A stretch of 63,786 bases of DNA, counting the filler, from Octopus bimaculoides (lineage: Eukaryota): the NCBI RefSeq assembly GCF_001194135.2. It is 5 parts of 4 records of this genome, joined end to end, with 100 filler letters (N's around TTAATTAATTAA, not from the genome) between each part and the next. Parts side by side here need not be neighbours in the genome. Positions count along the whole stretch, not along the records: positions 8,541 to 28,035 come from NC_069001.1; positions 28,136 to 39,235 come from NC_069006.1; 3 more parts are not named here. One strand, written 5' to 3'. The notes beneath the pieces are model-generated. The model did not search any database, was not told the DNA's origin, and saw nothing but the letters and a program-made list of their open reading frames with translations. Shown piece after piece: positions 22,292-36,244 of this stretch. Made by a program: the position numbers and the translations under genes. Every line of letters begins with the position of its first letter. The first letter of the stretch is position 1.

Positions 22292-22830
22292 ATCAAATAC
22301 CGCCAAGGTTGACTTTGCCTTTCATCCTTTCGGTGTCGATAAATTAAGTACCAGTTGGGTACTGAGGTCGATCTAATCGGCTGCCTCTCCTGCCCCCAAA
22401 ATTTCGGGCCTTGTGCCTAGTGTAGAAAAGAATTGTTAGCACGCCAGGAGAAATGTTTAGCGGTATTTCGTCTGTCTTTTCGTTCCGAGTTCAAATTCCA
22501 CCGAGGTCGACTTTGCCTTGTATCCTTTGGGGGTCGATAATCAAGTACCAGTTGCATACTGGAGACGATCTAATTGACTGGTCCCCTCCCCAAAAGATTC
22601 GGGCCTTGTGACTAAAGTAGAAAAAATTGTTAGCACGCCGGACGAAATGCTTGGCGGCGTTTCGTCCGTCTTTACGTTCTGAGTTCAAAGTTCACCAAGG
22701 TCAGTTTTACCTTTCATCCTTTCGGGATCAATAAATTGGTATCATTTGAACGCTAGGGTTCGATGTAATCGACTTAGCCCCTTCCTCCACCCCGAAACTA
22801 CTGGGCTTGTGCCAAAATTTGAAATCAATA
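22292..22830 (+). mobile_element. Head-to-tail trimer of SINE family B (Meta-domain-like)
   Basis: Three units with GACTTTGCCTTTCATCCTTTCGGGGTCGATAAATTAAGTACCAG-like cores; junctions near 22432 and 22627. Confidence 0.85.
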
Positions 22831-23679
22831 AATGATCAAGTTTTAACAGTTTAGACATTTCATAATTTGTGTCTTCTGACGTCACACGAGAACGGCTTCG
22901 ATGGTGATGACCACGACCGAGACAACAAGATTAGCAACAACAACAACAACACTGATATAAGGATAACCACAAGAACAACAACATCAATAACTAAAACACA
23001 CATAAAAAAAGGACAATAGAAATTACAATTAACAAACTATAGAATAATTGCTCGGAGATATTTTAGCACCAGAAGTGCTTGCGGAGGGAAGCCGTATATT
23101 GTGTGCGTGCGCACGTCGTCTCGATTGTTGGAGATGAATAACGGNNNNNNNNNNNNNNNNNNNNNNNNNNNNNNNNNNNNNNNNNNNNNNNNNNNNNNNN
23201 NNNNNNNNNNNNNNNNNNNNNNNNNNNNNNNNNNNNNNNNNNNNNNNNNNNNNNNNNNNNNNNNGGGGGGAGAAAAGAAAAGACATTTTCCTTTTTCAAA
23301 TTGAAAAAATAAAAATAGAATAAAATAAGATATTAAAATTTTATTATTTCAGCAAGCTAAACTAATTTTAAAAGATGTACAGATTATAAATTTCAATGTC
23401 TTTGTCCTAAGAAGGCGACGGAATGAATCAGTGGAGATGTAAGAATAATTGATGATGGGAGTGTTGGTGTTGGTGGCAGCTTGTTCGCGCGTGTTAGTGT
23501 GTGTATGTGTATGTGTGTGTATGTGTGTGTGTGTGTGTGTGTGTATTTATGCACAACCAGTTTGGTTCACCGCCCGGCACCATCCTGTCTTTCCTTCTCT
23601 CTTCCTATACCACACCTTAATTTATTAGAACGTATTGTCTTCTCACTCGCCCTCACACACACGCACACGCACGCACGCA

Positions 23680-23730
<51 letters not shown>

Positions 23731-23904
23731 CAGAGCTGAGGGGAAGAACCCGAGCAGATCGTTCTCCATGGTGCACGAACGTACGGTGGTGTGTCTCGCG
23801 AGTGAAAATACCGAGTCGAAGAACCAACGATTAAATTAACAACATTATTATTTTGTAACTATATTAGTTGTAACAGGGAACAACCGAATCGATGTGGTGA
23901 TTTA

Positions 23905-23936
<32 letters not shown>

Positions 23937-23997
23937 NNNNNNNNNNNNNNNNNNNNNNNNNNNNNNNNNNNNNNNNNNNNNNNNNNNNNNNNNNNNN

Positions 23998-24033
<36 letters not shown>

Positions 24034-24207
24034 CAGAGCTGAGGGGAAGAACCCGAGCAGATCGTTCTCCATGGTGCACGAACGTACGGTGGTGTGTCTC
24101 GCGAGTGAAAATACCGAGTCGAAGAACCAACGATTAAATTAACAACATTATTATTTTGTAACTATATTAGTTGTAACAGGGAACAACCGAATCGATGTGG
24201 TGATTTA

Positions 24208-24245
<38 letters not shown>

Positions 24246-24249
24246 TATA

Positions 24250-24406
24250 CGGCGGGCTTCTTTCAGTTCCCGTCTGTCAAATCCATTGAAATGGCTTTGG
24301 TCGGCCCGAGGCTATAGGAGAAGACACTTGCCCAAGATGCCACGCAGTGGGACTCAACCTGGAACCATGTGGTTGGTAAGCAAGCTACTTACTACACAGC
24401 CACTCC
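24250..24406 (-). mobile_element. SINE family A 5' half
   Basis: Near-consensus left arm ending at (TA)n. Confidence 0.85.
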
Positions 24407-24522
24407 AATATATATATATATATAATAATTAATTCTCTCCCTCATACTCACACGTTTGTGTTCTTTATTCCAGTTCTTTGCGTTCTGAAGTCAATGTTTA
24501 CCTTTCTTCCTTCTGATTAAAT

Positions 24523-24884
24523 CATCGGTTCTGTACCGGGGTGCATATGACCATTTGGAGTCCATAGAACATTTTTTTGGAGACCATACAAGCAAAATTG
24601 CAAATTGGGAGATCCACAGGATTATTTTAAGAACAGATAAAAAAATTTTGACTTAGACGTATTTATTGCAAGAATGCAAGAAACAAGTAACAACTAGATT
24701 TCATTCTCTAGCGTTTTACTTAGTTCAACATGTTTCTGGTCCCTGAGTCATGTTCTATTGCAATTCTACACAACTGAACTTGGGAAGGGCAAAATAACAT
24801 TGAATAGATGTAGGGGTCCCTCCAGGTGAAATAGTAATCAAAGGGGTTCATAGATAGAAAAAGAAATTGGTTGAGAACCTCTAG
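24523..24884. mobile_element. Degenerate hAT-type MITE
   Basis: Ends resemble CAGTGGTTCTCAACC / GGTTGAGAACC; no clear TSD. Confidence 0.5.
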
Positions 24885-25219
24885 CTTAGATGAATAAGTC
24901 CTTGTCTAAGACGGTGGTTCGGTGGAAAAATTAGCGCATTAGACAAGATATTTTGTTAGCATGCTAGCATGCATTCAGCTCTTTGAGTTCCGGGTTCAAA
25001 TCGCACCGGGAGCTACTCGTGTGATAGACCCGTCACTCGTTTCATGAGCACCACCTGATCATTAAGTGTTTTTAGTGGAGTCCTGCTCTGTTGCAAGTAT
25101 CGGGACCAGACCCTGCCCGCTTTGAGGACTCTTTCTTCCCTCTTTTCCCCCACGAGGTTCGTTCCTGAAAACGATTATGAGCCCTGCCTCCATCTTAATA
25201 AGTGATTAGAAAGCAAGAA

Positions 25220-25415
25220 TCTGGCAGAATAGTTGGGACGTCAGACGAAATGCTTATAGCGGCGTTTCCTCCGTTTCTTTTCTGAGTTCAAATTCTGCCG
25301 TGGTTAACTTTGCCTTTCATCCTTTCAGGATTGACAGAAATAAGTACCGGTAAAGTACTGGGGTCAATGTAATTGACTGACTCCTATCGCTCAAAAATAC
25401 TGGCCTTGTACCAAA
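25220..25415 (+). mobile_element. SINE family B
   Basis: TGGCAGAA...GAAATGCTTA...GAGTTCAAAT head plus core. Confidence 0.8.
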
Positions 25416-25431
25416 ATTAGAAAGAAAAATG

Positions 25432-25477
<46 letters not shown>

Positions 25478-26029
25478 TATGTATTTCTTCTATCTTAATG
25501 AATAAAAATTCTTCGGATAGAATAAATGGGTTAATAGAAACCAATGTAGCAAAGAACAGAAAATAACTGTGGTGTTGTTCCTGTTTTTAAGGCAGGAACT
25601 CCTTGAAATTTTGGGTATTTGAGTATATTTAAAAATTTAAGGAATGGAGAAAACGCATNNNNNNNNNNNNNNNNNNNNNNNNNNNNNNNNNNNNNNNNNN
25701 NNNNNNNNNNNNNNNNNNNNNNNNNNNNNNNNNNNNNNNNNNNNNNNNNNNNNNNNNNNNNNNNNNNNNNNNNNNNNNNNNNNNNNNNNNNNNNNNNNNN
25801 NNNNNNNNNNNNNNNNNNNNNNNNNNNNNNNNNNNNNNNNNNNNNNNNNNNNNNNNNNNNNNNNNNNNNNNNNNNNNNNNNNNNNNNNNNNNNNNNNNNN
25901 NNNNNNNNNNNNNNNNNNNNNNNNNNNNATATATATATATATATATACCTTTTTTCCAGTTCGATCGCTATCTGCGTTCCTTCCTGTCTGTCTCTCCCCT
26001 CTCTCTTCATATATGTTCTCTGCGTGAGA

Positions 26030-26560
26030 GCCTCTACGTGGTCATATCGCTAGCTAGAAACAGAAGCCAGTTCCTCATGTATTGTCTTGAAAAGGTCGGA
26101 GACACATTGGATGATGACCTGCTGAAGCATTTATCGTTCGTGAAACGGACGGCGTGATCATGGCCAGAATGTCTTTGATAAAAGATCTACTTAATCCTTC
26201 GATCTAAACAACAGCAACACCAACACTAACCTTAGCTCTTTGAGAACATCTGTATGGTCGTTCGACTCGCTAGATATAACAGTCAAAATCTTCCTTCAAA
26301 ATCATATTCTACAATCTTCAAAAGCAGAACATATTGGTTACCATGCATAATGCTACATCATCTGCCCAAATACACTGATGAGGTGGTCATCGATGGAATG
26401 TCTTTGATCAGAAGTCCACTTAATCAGAGTTGACCAGCAACAGAAACTTCTCCACCCGTACCTACCACATGACGCCACTCGACCTGCTAGAAATATCAGC
26501 CAGCTCCCTTCAAATTGCATCCTACCCTCTTAAAAACGGATGCGTTGTATTACCATATTG
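26030..26560. repeat. Three tandem diverged copies of unclassified repeat family D
   Basis: Recurrent GGTC.TTCGAC..GCTAGAAA...CAGC and GGTCAT.GC..GAATGTCTTTGAT blocks; other copies at about 9525-9692, 10345-10400 and 12895-13150. Confidence 0.65.
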
Positions 26561-28155
26561 TCCTGGGTTCTTTCCTCATAGGAAAAGACAGTTTAGAATG
26601 CATTTCAATAGCAACGATAACAAACTTCATTTCTGTGAGGCATAACCATCCGTCCGTCTGTCTGTCTGTCACCCTTTTATCTGCCTACATTCTATCACTA
26701 TCTATTGGTATTCCTGTAGAGTAGAGTCGGAAATCATCTAGTGCCACGACAAATACCATGTTTGCATCGGTTTAAGTGGTTTAAGTATCCTATTATAAGA
26801 ATCTGTCAAAAAAGAAAGAGGGAGAGAGAGAGAGAGGGATCTATGTGTGAATGCTTTTGCCCCTCCTTCCCTTTCCGTAAATTTTTTAGTTTCGTCTCGT
26901 TTTGGAAAAAAATTTCGGGGAATTTAGTTTCGCATAATTTTAAAGAAATAATCTTCATGTTCACATATAAGTTTGTAAAATAAAAGAAAAATGACAAAAA
27001 ATGTTCAAAAGAAAGTCAAAACTGAAAGACTAAAGGAGAAGGAGTCCCCTTTCAATAGTTGTGGGAGGCTGAGGTGTTGGAAATTTACGATTTTACGATT
27101 TCCAGCGCTCTAGATAATATCCGACTCTATTCTCTCGGAATGCCTTCTATCTATTATATCTCCGTATCAGCTCTGCAGTCCATCACCGCAAAACTTATCT
27201 ATTTTTCCCTTCTTTCCATCCACCTATCGTTTCCACTATCGCCACCACAACCACCACCTACAGCATCATGACAGTCGCCGCCGCCACCACCACCACTACC
27301 AGCATCAACATCATCATCTCTCTCTCTCTCTCTCTCATCTCTCCATCTCATTCGATAGTAGCACCACCATGAATAATATGCTTTTAGACATAGGTAAATT
27401 ATTAAATCAGAACAAAAAACACAATCTAGTTTTATCTCTGTAGATAAAGACACGGAGATACATGTGTGTATGTGTATGCGCGCGCATATATCTATGTATA
27501 TGTACGCACACATTCACACACATCCAATAGAAAGAGAGACAGATAGTTATTGTAAGGGTGGCGGTGGTGATAGGGTGGTGACGGCGCATTAAGCATGACT
27601 CTCCTCTCGTTTGTTTATCATGTCTCTCCTATTGTTACTTTATAATTGCTTTTCCATTTGCTGTTACTTAAGCTGCAGCTAATATGATAGCGCTGTCCCC
27701 CCACCTCTTTCCCTCTGCCTCCTTGTTCTCTCCCTTACAGTGGTAGTAGTAGTAGTAGTAGTAGTAAATGCTGTAGCACTAGTAATAATGACATGGCGGC
27801 GGCGGCGGCGGAGTCGTCGGAGGGTATATGTGTATGGGGGGAAGGATTGGAGATGACCTTATCTCGTCAAAACCGAACAATAAATATCTCCGTCTCTGTC
27901 TCTCTCTTCCTTCGGGGTCCCCCCTCCCCCTGTATCCCCCCCCCCTCTAGAATTCTAATTTTCTCATGATGACGAAAGAAAGACAGAGAGAGACAAAGAG
28001 GCAAAGCGTTATCCAGTTCCACATATATTTGATTCNNNNNNNNNNNNNNNNNNNNNNNNNNNNNNNNNNNNNNNNNNNNTTAATTAATTAANNNNNNNNN
28101 NNNNNNNNNNNNNNNNNNNNNNNNNNNNNNNNNNNTATATATATATATGTATATG

Positions 28156-28188
<33 letters not shown>

Positions 28189-28200
28189 GTAAATATATGC

Positions 28201-28231
<31 letters not shown>

Positions 28232-28602
28232 GACATATATATACTCACATTCATGTCTGTGTATATAAATTTTTTTTTGTTTTTTAGCAGAAGCAACAGA
28301 TGCATTCATATATGCACACACACATATGTATTCAGACGTATACACATACATATATACATTCACACAAACACACACATATATACACGCACACACAATCACG
28401 TTACTCACGCATGTGTGCATACGAATACATTCTCAGGTTAACGGTTTATATATGTGTATATATATATATATATGTATGTGTATGCATACACACACACACA
28501 CACACACACAGATGATTATTTGCACATTGACACGAACACGAACTATTCATGCCAATCAGCGCATGCGCCGCCATAAGTTTTCACACTCATCACTATCTTA
28601 CA

Positions 28603-28635
<33 letters not shown>

Positions 28636-28711
28636 ATATATTAGAGTATACCGTGAAATAAACATAATTGCAAGCACGCATATATATATATATACATATA
28701 CTCACGCAAGA

Positions 28712-29000
28712 CAGGCATGTGGCTGCGTGGTTAAGAAACCTGTTTTACAAACCACACGGGTTTGTGTTCCATCCCCCTGTGTGTCACTTTAATAAGTGTT
28801 TACCATCATAACTATGGGGTGACTGATGCCTTGTGAATGGATTTGGCAGATGGACACTGAAAGAATCCCGTCGAATATATAACTATGTGTTTATGTGTGT
28901 TTATCTCACGCCACTAGTTGACAATTGGAGTTGATTTGTTTACATCCTCGTAACTGAGAAGTTTCTGCAGAAGACACCGATAAATTGAGTACCGGTTTTG
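28712..29000 (+). mobile_element. SINE family A, old
   Basis: GTGGCTGCGTGGTTAAG head and GCCTTGTGAATGGATTTGG body. Confidence 0.7.
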
Positions 29001-29785
29001 AAAAGAAGTACCGGGGCGCAACCAGGAACCATGTCGTTTACAAACAATCTCTTTATCACACAGCTCCGGCCTGTGCCGTTTTTAACTCATATTTTATCGA
29101 CTCCGGAAGGATGGAAAAGAAAGATGACCGCTGCGAGTCGGAAACAAAATACCACTTAACTTTCTAAAAAAAAAAAACCCCTGCTTATTCGCTATCAGCA
29201 TATTCAGAGGATCTTCAACATCATCCGTCTGGTATCAGACATTCTACTAGTAATCTTCCATTGGAGAATGTGGATTCTCTTGCCGTAAACGATAAATAAT
29301 TCGTTTATAGTGATCAAATGCTTGTGGTGTGCAATTCAACGTGGTTTGTACAGATGCACGACGTGCTTGTACAGATGTCGAATTAATTGCATAGATATAT
29401 ACACACACACATATATATATATATATATGTATACATACAGACACCTGCTTGGTTCGGCTGCTCTTCATTGATAAGGGGCAAATACTCTGAAACTAGCCTG
29501 TAGATGCTAGACCAGCACGGGGAAGCGGCTGACCTCCCCTGTTCGAAGGTTATAATAGACACAGGTTCGTTGATGATGATGATGATGATGATGATGATGT
29601 CGTCCATTTGTTGTCTGTCGTTGATATTTTAGGCCAGGTCAACGTTGGTGGATCGTTTGGTTGAGGTCTTCGGGCTGTGGTTGACCGCATTGTTGATTGC
29701 TTATTAAAAAAACAGCGTTGGATTTACACTTCATACGTGACAGTGGCTCAGTGAATGAAAGTGTGAAAAGACGGGTTTAACAAAC

Positions 29786-29816
<31 letters not shown>

Positions 29817-29929
29817 GGATGGCTTGGAATGTAGGTCATAGGTTTGTGAGGAGTAGGTAGATGAGGGTGTTTGGTGGATGAAATTGATTCCAGAGTGAGA
29901 GAATGGCAAACGAAGTAGAATGAGGTAAA

Positions 29930-30183
29930 TCTAGGGAGAGGTGGAAAGGGTGGAGATGGTGGGTGGAGCGATTACGTAAATGAGATAGAGAGAGAGAGAA
30001 AGAGAGAGAGAGAGATGTGAGAAGAAGGCTAGAGAAGTTGAGGAACAGTAAGAGGGAGAGACAGGAGGTGAAAAGAAGTGACGGAGAGAGGAGGCGGTGA
30101 AAGGAAGTGAGAGAAGGAGGGAGAGAGGTGAAAGGAAGTGAGAGAGAGGAGGTGAAAGAGGAGGAGATAGATAGATAGATAGA

Positions 30184-30248
<65 letters not shown>

Positions 30249-30870
30249 CGAAAGGGAGGTATAGATATAGACAGGCAGTGAGACAGCAGTAAGAGAAATA
30301 CTTAAAAGATCAGGAAACAATTAACAGAGAAAGAGAGAGAAGGGGAGATGGGGGAGAGAGGGGAGGAGAGTAAAGAGGGAGAAGATAGATAGAGGGAGGG
30401 GGAGGTAAAGCAAAGAGAAAGCTACAGAGTATGGTATAAACAAATAGAAAGATGGAGTTGGAAAATGATAAGAGATACACAAATACGAACGCATGTGTGT
30501 GTCTGAGTGTGCGTGTGTGCGTGTGCGTGTGTGTGCGCGCGTGTGTGTGTGTGTGTATACGTAATGATGCATTTGTGTATACGCGTAATGATGTGTATAT
30601 ATTTATATATGTGTGTAATGATGCTGATGCTGTCGTTGAGAGAGAGAGAGAGAGAGAGAGGGAGGGAGAGGGAGAGGGAGAGAGTGAGAGAGAAAGTTAG
30701 TTGTGTATGGTCAACTGGTTTCAATGACAGATGTCAACGGATGACACTGACATATGTCATAGAGAGATAAAGTCTGCTGTAGAAGGGACTAGAAAATGTC
30801 ACACACACACACACACACACACACAGAGTTAAACAGTCGTTCACATACATACATACATACATACATACGT
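29930..30870. repeat. Purine-rich (GA)n low-complexity and microsatellite field
   Basis: Visible directly. Confidence 0.95.
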
Positions 30871-31657
30871 ACGTACTCACAGACATATATATATCGTATA
30901 CACAAACAGTTACGTTGATAACGCAATCACACATACACAGCACATCCACAACGAACTTACACAAACAGTTATACAACATGCACGCAAATAACTGCCCATG
31001 CAAATATTGAATAACGAATGGATAAACAATTGGACAATTAAACGAATTTGGAAATTATGATGGAATAATGTGGCAGTTCCCAAACATATTCAGTTGCCGA
31101 CACCCTGTTCCATTTTCCAGAACATGTTTAGACTTCAACGTTTAGCATTCTGGTTATTTTTGTCAAATGTAATGCTTATTTATTCACATCGCTCTGCATA
31201 GATCTAGCATTTGCTCGTAGCTTTGAGGTTTCAATGATGGGAGTGTTTATTTTTAGAATGACATTGTAAGGTAGGTGTGAGAAGCCAGACCTGACCAGTT
31301 TGAACATAAAACAAGGTATATTATTTGGGCGACATCATCATCATCATCATCAGCAGCAGTAGCAACAATAGGGTTCTCCCCCCACGTGCAGTTTCATCAC
31401 ACACACACAAACAAAAAGACGTAACATGGAACTTTCAAAGAACACGTTCGGTTTTGCAATGAACTATTGATTCTGAAGAATGAAAGAATGAAAGAATAAA
31501 AGAATTTATTTGTGTGCACGAACGTATGCGTGTGTGCATGTTTGTGCATATNNNNNNNNNNNNNNNNNNNNNNNNNNNNNNNNNNNNNNNNNNNNNNNNN
31601 NNNNNNNNNNNNNNNNNNNNNNNNNNNNNNNNNNNNNTATATATATATATATATATC

Positions 31658-31698
<41 letters not shown>

Positions 31699-31861
31699 GG
31701 ACGTATGTATACACACATATATATGTATGTATATATGTATATGTAATTATATATCTTTCCACATGCACAAAACACATGCATATTATATCTGTGTGAGTGT
31801 GCGCATGTACATATAATATATATACATATACATATACGTGTTTGTATATAATTGTCTATGT

Positions 31862-31907
<46 letters not shown>

Positions 31908-31928
31908 ATCTAACTAACTGTTTTTATA

Positions 31929-31967
<39 letters not shown>

Positions 31968-32188
31968 GTGCGTGCATATATTTATATATAGGTATAAGCA
32001 ATACGAACAAAGGGATTGGCAAATATGTAGATAGACAGGAAGACAGACAGACAAAGAAATATATATATATATATAGATAGATAGATAGACAGAGAGAGAG
32101 AGATAAATAGATAAATATATTTAAATACATAGATAGATAAACAGAGAGAGAGGGAAAGAGAGAGAGAGAGAGAGAGAAAAATGAAGTA

Positions 32189-32239
<51 letters not shown>

Positions 32240-32799
32240 CAGAGAGAGATCGAAAGAGCAAGAGGTATAAAGAGAAATCTATAAAAATGAAAGGTGTGAG
32301 AAAAAAAAAAAATCAAATTGAAGCAAAAAAACAATCCAGGAAAAAATATATAAAAGAAAAGACAAATATATTGTGCGGAATGAAAAAAATGTCCAAGAAT
32401 GAGAAATGTTTAATTTCCGGTTGTAGATAATTTACTTGGAACAATTTGACCTAACGTTTAAAGTCTCGGTTGGGGTGGCATCTCGATTTTTTTCAATTGG
32501 ACATTGCAATATACGTCTTTTGTGCCTTCATGTTTCTTGAAGAAAAACGCGTTTCGATTATCTTACTATTTTTTTATTTTTGTCTAGTGATGTTGGTTTT
32601 ATTGCTGGTAATTGGGATGTTTGTGATGATGGTGTTGGTGGTAGTGGTGGTGGCGGTGAAGGTGGTGATAATGGGGGTGATGATGGTGGTGGTAGTGATG
32701 GTGAGGTGATGAATACAGGTCGTGGGGTTGTGCGGTCGTAGGGCTCATATCTACCTGTCTAAGACTAAGCATATCTCTAAATCTATTTATCTATCTATC

Positions 32800-32830
<31 letters not shown>

Positions 32831-32839
32831 CTATCTATC

Positions 32840-33213
32840 TGTTGTGTCGACGCCCCCAGGCGAAGAAGTAGGATCTTCCAAGACATATAAATAGAGGTAA
32901 ACTGGCCGTAGTAGGTGTGTTGAGTAGCAGTCGAGTAGCAGTTGTGTAGCGGTTGAGTAGAGATCATCCGAAGGTGCTACATAGCAGTAGCTTGAGATAT
33001 AACACTATCTATCTATCTATCGATCTATCGATCTATCTATCTATCGATCTATCGATCTATCTATCTATCTACTTAATAAATGTTTTATTGGGCTCCATGC
33101 AACTTAAAGTTTCGTAGGTCGTCACATGAAACTAACTCCTCAGATTTTGGCGCCTTCGCCTGAGGAGCTTGGCACGCCCGACGAGTCTGCGAAACTTCGT
33201 GTTGGATGCAACC
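32840..33213 (+). mobile_element. Candidate solo LTR
   Basis: Starts TGTTG and ends CAACC (one change from CAACA); TATAAATA at 32886-32893, AATAAA at 33075-33080; no clean TSD. Confidence 0.45.
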
Positions 33214-33519
33214 GAATCAAACTGTTATTAAATACTAATCTACACACATATATATGTATGCATGAAAAGGTACATACGTACATACATACATGCAAACTTC
33301 CACAACCATACATACACATACACACAAATATTTATATGTAGGAGAGAGAGAGAGAGAAAGAGAATGAGAGGGGGAGAAGGAAGAGGAGACGGAAGAGCGT
33401 CTTTATGAAAGACGCAAGCACTTCAATATGGTTGATTAAGTTTGACACAAATTGTCTTAATTGATTTATAGGGAGACTTTGTTACCTGAATGGTGGCTTG
33501 TGTAGGTTTTAGAGTCTGG

Positions 33520-33766
33520 CATGTGACCGTGTGTATGTGTGTGTGTGTGTGTGTGTGTGTATGTATTTGTATGCATGCATGTGTGTGGAGATAATTCCTG
33601 GTTTGTCATTGCTGTGTGGTGTATGCGTGCATGTGTGTGTGTGTGTGTGTTTGTGTGTCTGTTTATACAAACATACACACAAACATACATATACATGCAT
33701 ATATACATACACACACACGCAAGCACACACCTATATACATACATATATTCATATATATACATATGT

Positions 33767-33797
<31 letters not shown>

Positions 33798-34050
33798 CAC
33801 ACACATATGTATGTATGTATGTATGTATGTACGTATGTACGTATGTATACCTGTATATGTGTATGTACGCATATATGTATGTATGCATGCATGCATGTAT
33901 GTTTGCATGCGTACATGTATTTACATATGCATGTATTATGTGTGCATACATGTATGTATAAGGATATATGTATGTATGCATGTATGTATGTATGCATGTA
34001 TGTATGTATGTATGTATGTATGTATGTATGTATGTATGTATATGTATATT
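33520..34050. repeat. (TG)n/(CA)n/(TATG)n microsatellite field
   Basis: Visible directly. Confidence 0.95.
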
Positions 34051-35589
34051 TGACGATTTGTGATTGGTGACTAGAGATTGGTGATTGGTCCGCCGATGGC
34101 ATATAGCTGGCTGGTGGTGCTGGTGATAATGCGGTGGGGATTAAATTATTTGTAATGACTGCAATAAAATGTCTCTTCTTCTTATTAATGATATTGGTCC
34201 AACCACTGGGGATGGTGGTAAGGTTAGGCGGGGTTTGAAAGTCTTCGTTAAGATGGTTACGGCTAATATAATGATGATGGTTAAGATAGCATTGGTGATG
34301 GTGGTGATCGTGGTGGAGATCGTTATGTTGATGGTGTGATGGTGGTGGTCGTGGTGATGGTGGTGGTGGTGGTGGTGGTGGTGGTCGCGGTGGTGGTGGT
34401 GGCCTTTGTCGTGCTTGTGCGGAGGTGTGGGTTAGCGATGGTTAAAGAGTCGAGACAGCGCTAACGGACAGGCTACAGTAAATATAAGAACAATANNNNN
34501 NNNNNNNNNNNNNNNNNNNNNNNNNNNNNNNNNNNNNNNNNNNNNNNNNNNNNNNNNNNNNNNNNNNNNNNNNNNNNNNNNNNNNNNNNNNNNNNNNNNN
34601 NNNNNNNNNNNNNNNNNNNNNNNNNNNNNNNNNNNNNNNNNNNNNNNNNNNNNNNNNNNNNNNNNNNNNNNNNNNNNNNNNNNNNNNNNNNNNNNNNNNN
34701 NNNNNNNNNNNNNNNNNNNNNNNNNNNNNNNNNNNNNNNNNNNNNNNNNNNNNNNNNNNNNNNNNNNNNNNNNNNNNNNNNNNNNNNNNNNNNNNNNNNN
34801 NNNNNNNNNNNNNNNNNNNNNNNNNNNNNNNNNNNNNNNNNNNNNNNNNNNNNNNNNNNNNNNNNNNNNNNNNNNNNNNNNNNNNNNNNNNNNNNNNNNN
34901 NNNNNNNNNNNNNNNNNNNNNNNNNNNNNNNNNNNNNNNNNNNNNNNNNNNNNNNNNNNNNNNNNNNNNNNNNNNNNNNNNNNNNNNNNNNNNNNNNNNN
35001 NNNNNNNNNNNNNNNNNNNNNNNNNNNNNNNNNNNNNNNNNNNNNNNNNNNNNNNNNNNNNNNNNNNNNNNNNNNNNNNNNNNNNNNNNNNNNNNNNNNN
35101 NNNNNNNNNNNNNNNNNNNNNNNNNNNNNNNNNNNNNNNNNNNNNNNNNNNNNNNNNNNNNNNNNNNNNNNNNNNNNNNNNNNNNNNNNNNNNNNNNNNN
35201 NNNNNNNNNNNNNNNNNNNNNNNNNNNNNNNNNNNNNNNNNNNNNNNNNNNNNNNNNNNNNNNNNNNNNNNNNNNNNNNNNNNNNNNNNNNNNNNNNNNN
35301 NNNNNNNNNNNNNNNNNNNNNNNNNNNNNNNNNNNNNNNNNNNNNNNNNNNNNNNNNNNNNNNNNNNNNNNNNNNNNNNNNNNNNNNNNNNNNNNNNNNN
35401 NNNNNNNNNNNNNNNNNNNNNNNNNNNNNNNNNNNNNNNNNNTATATATATATAATGGGTAAGATATTAGTATAAAATTATTATAGATCACATCTTAATA
35501 GACACAAGATGTGATCTATTTCTAGCGCATTAATTGTCCACGTTAGTGGTCGACGTTATTTTTTAAAATACATATATATATAGATATAT

Positions 35590-35750
35590 ACGACGGGCTT
35601 CTTTCAGTTTTCGTCTACCAAATCCACTCACAAGGCTTTGGTCAGCCTGAGGCTATAGTAGAAAACACTTGCCCAAAATATAACGCTGTAGGAGTCAGCC
35701 CGGAAGTGTACGATGTGGTTGCGACGCTAACTTTTTACCATAAACCACTG
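35590..35750 (-). mobile_element. SINE family A 5' half
   Basis: Left-arm body match; head degenerate. Confidence 0.75.
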
Positions 35751-36244
35751 CTAATTTATGCTTTAAATAATATTCCCCAAATCAAAGTCTGTATTCGGTG
35801 AATGTATTAATAAGGCAATTATAACAAAATCTTCCAAGACAAAAAGAAGTTTATCGTCTTAACATTCCTTGTAACAAATTTCACACTAGACATCATGGCC
35901 AAATAATTTCCTGTTTGCTTAAAGACAACTGACGCCTACAGTGCAAAAATTTAAACTCCAGTAATAACGACCGAGAAACAGACACGAACGGCGTTCGTAT
36001 AATTCACAGCTATCGTAATGACGGCAATAAAAGACCGCCATGAAATAATTTCATTTTGAAGATATGTCCGTGGAGGTGACGATATGTTTAGGAGACAGTT
36101 TGAAAAATTTATTATTGTATTGTTGCACACCAAATGTGAAGGATAGATAAGGAAATGTGTAAAATGCTTTGAAGAACACATACATATATACACACACAAT
36201 CGCGCGCACGCACACGAATAATAATAATAATCATTATTATTTTT

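Noticed and set aside
23680-24240. Perfect tandem duplication of about 240 bp
   Set aside because: The two identical copies flank a short gap and are bounded by microsatellites; most likely unmerged contig overlap. Long reads would decide.
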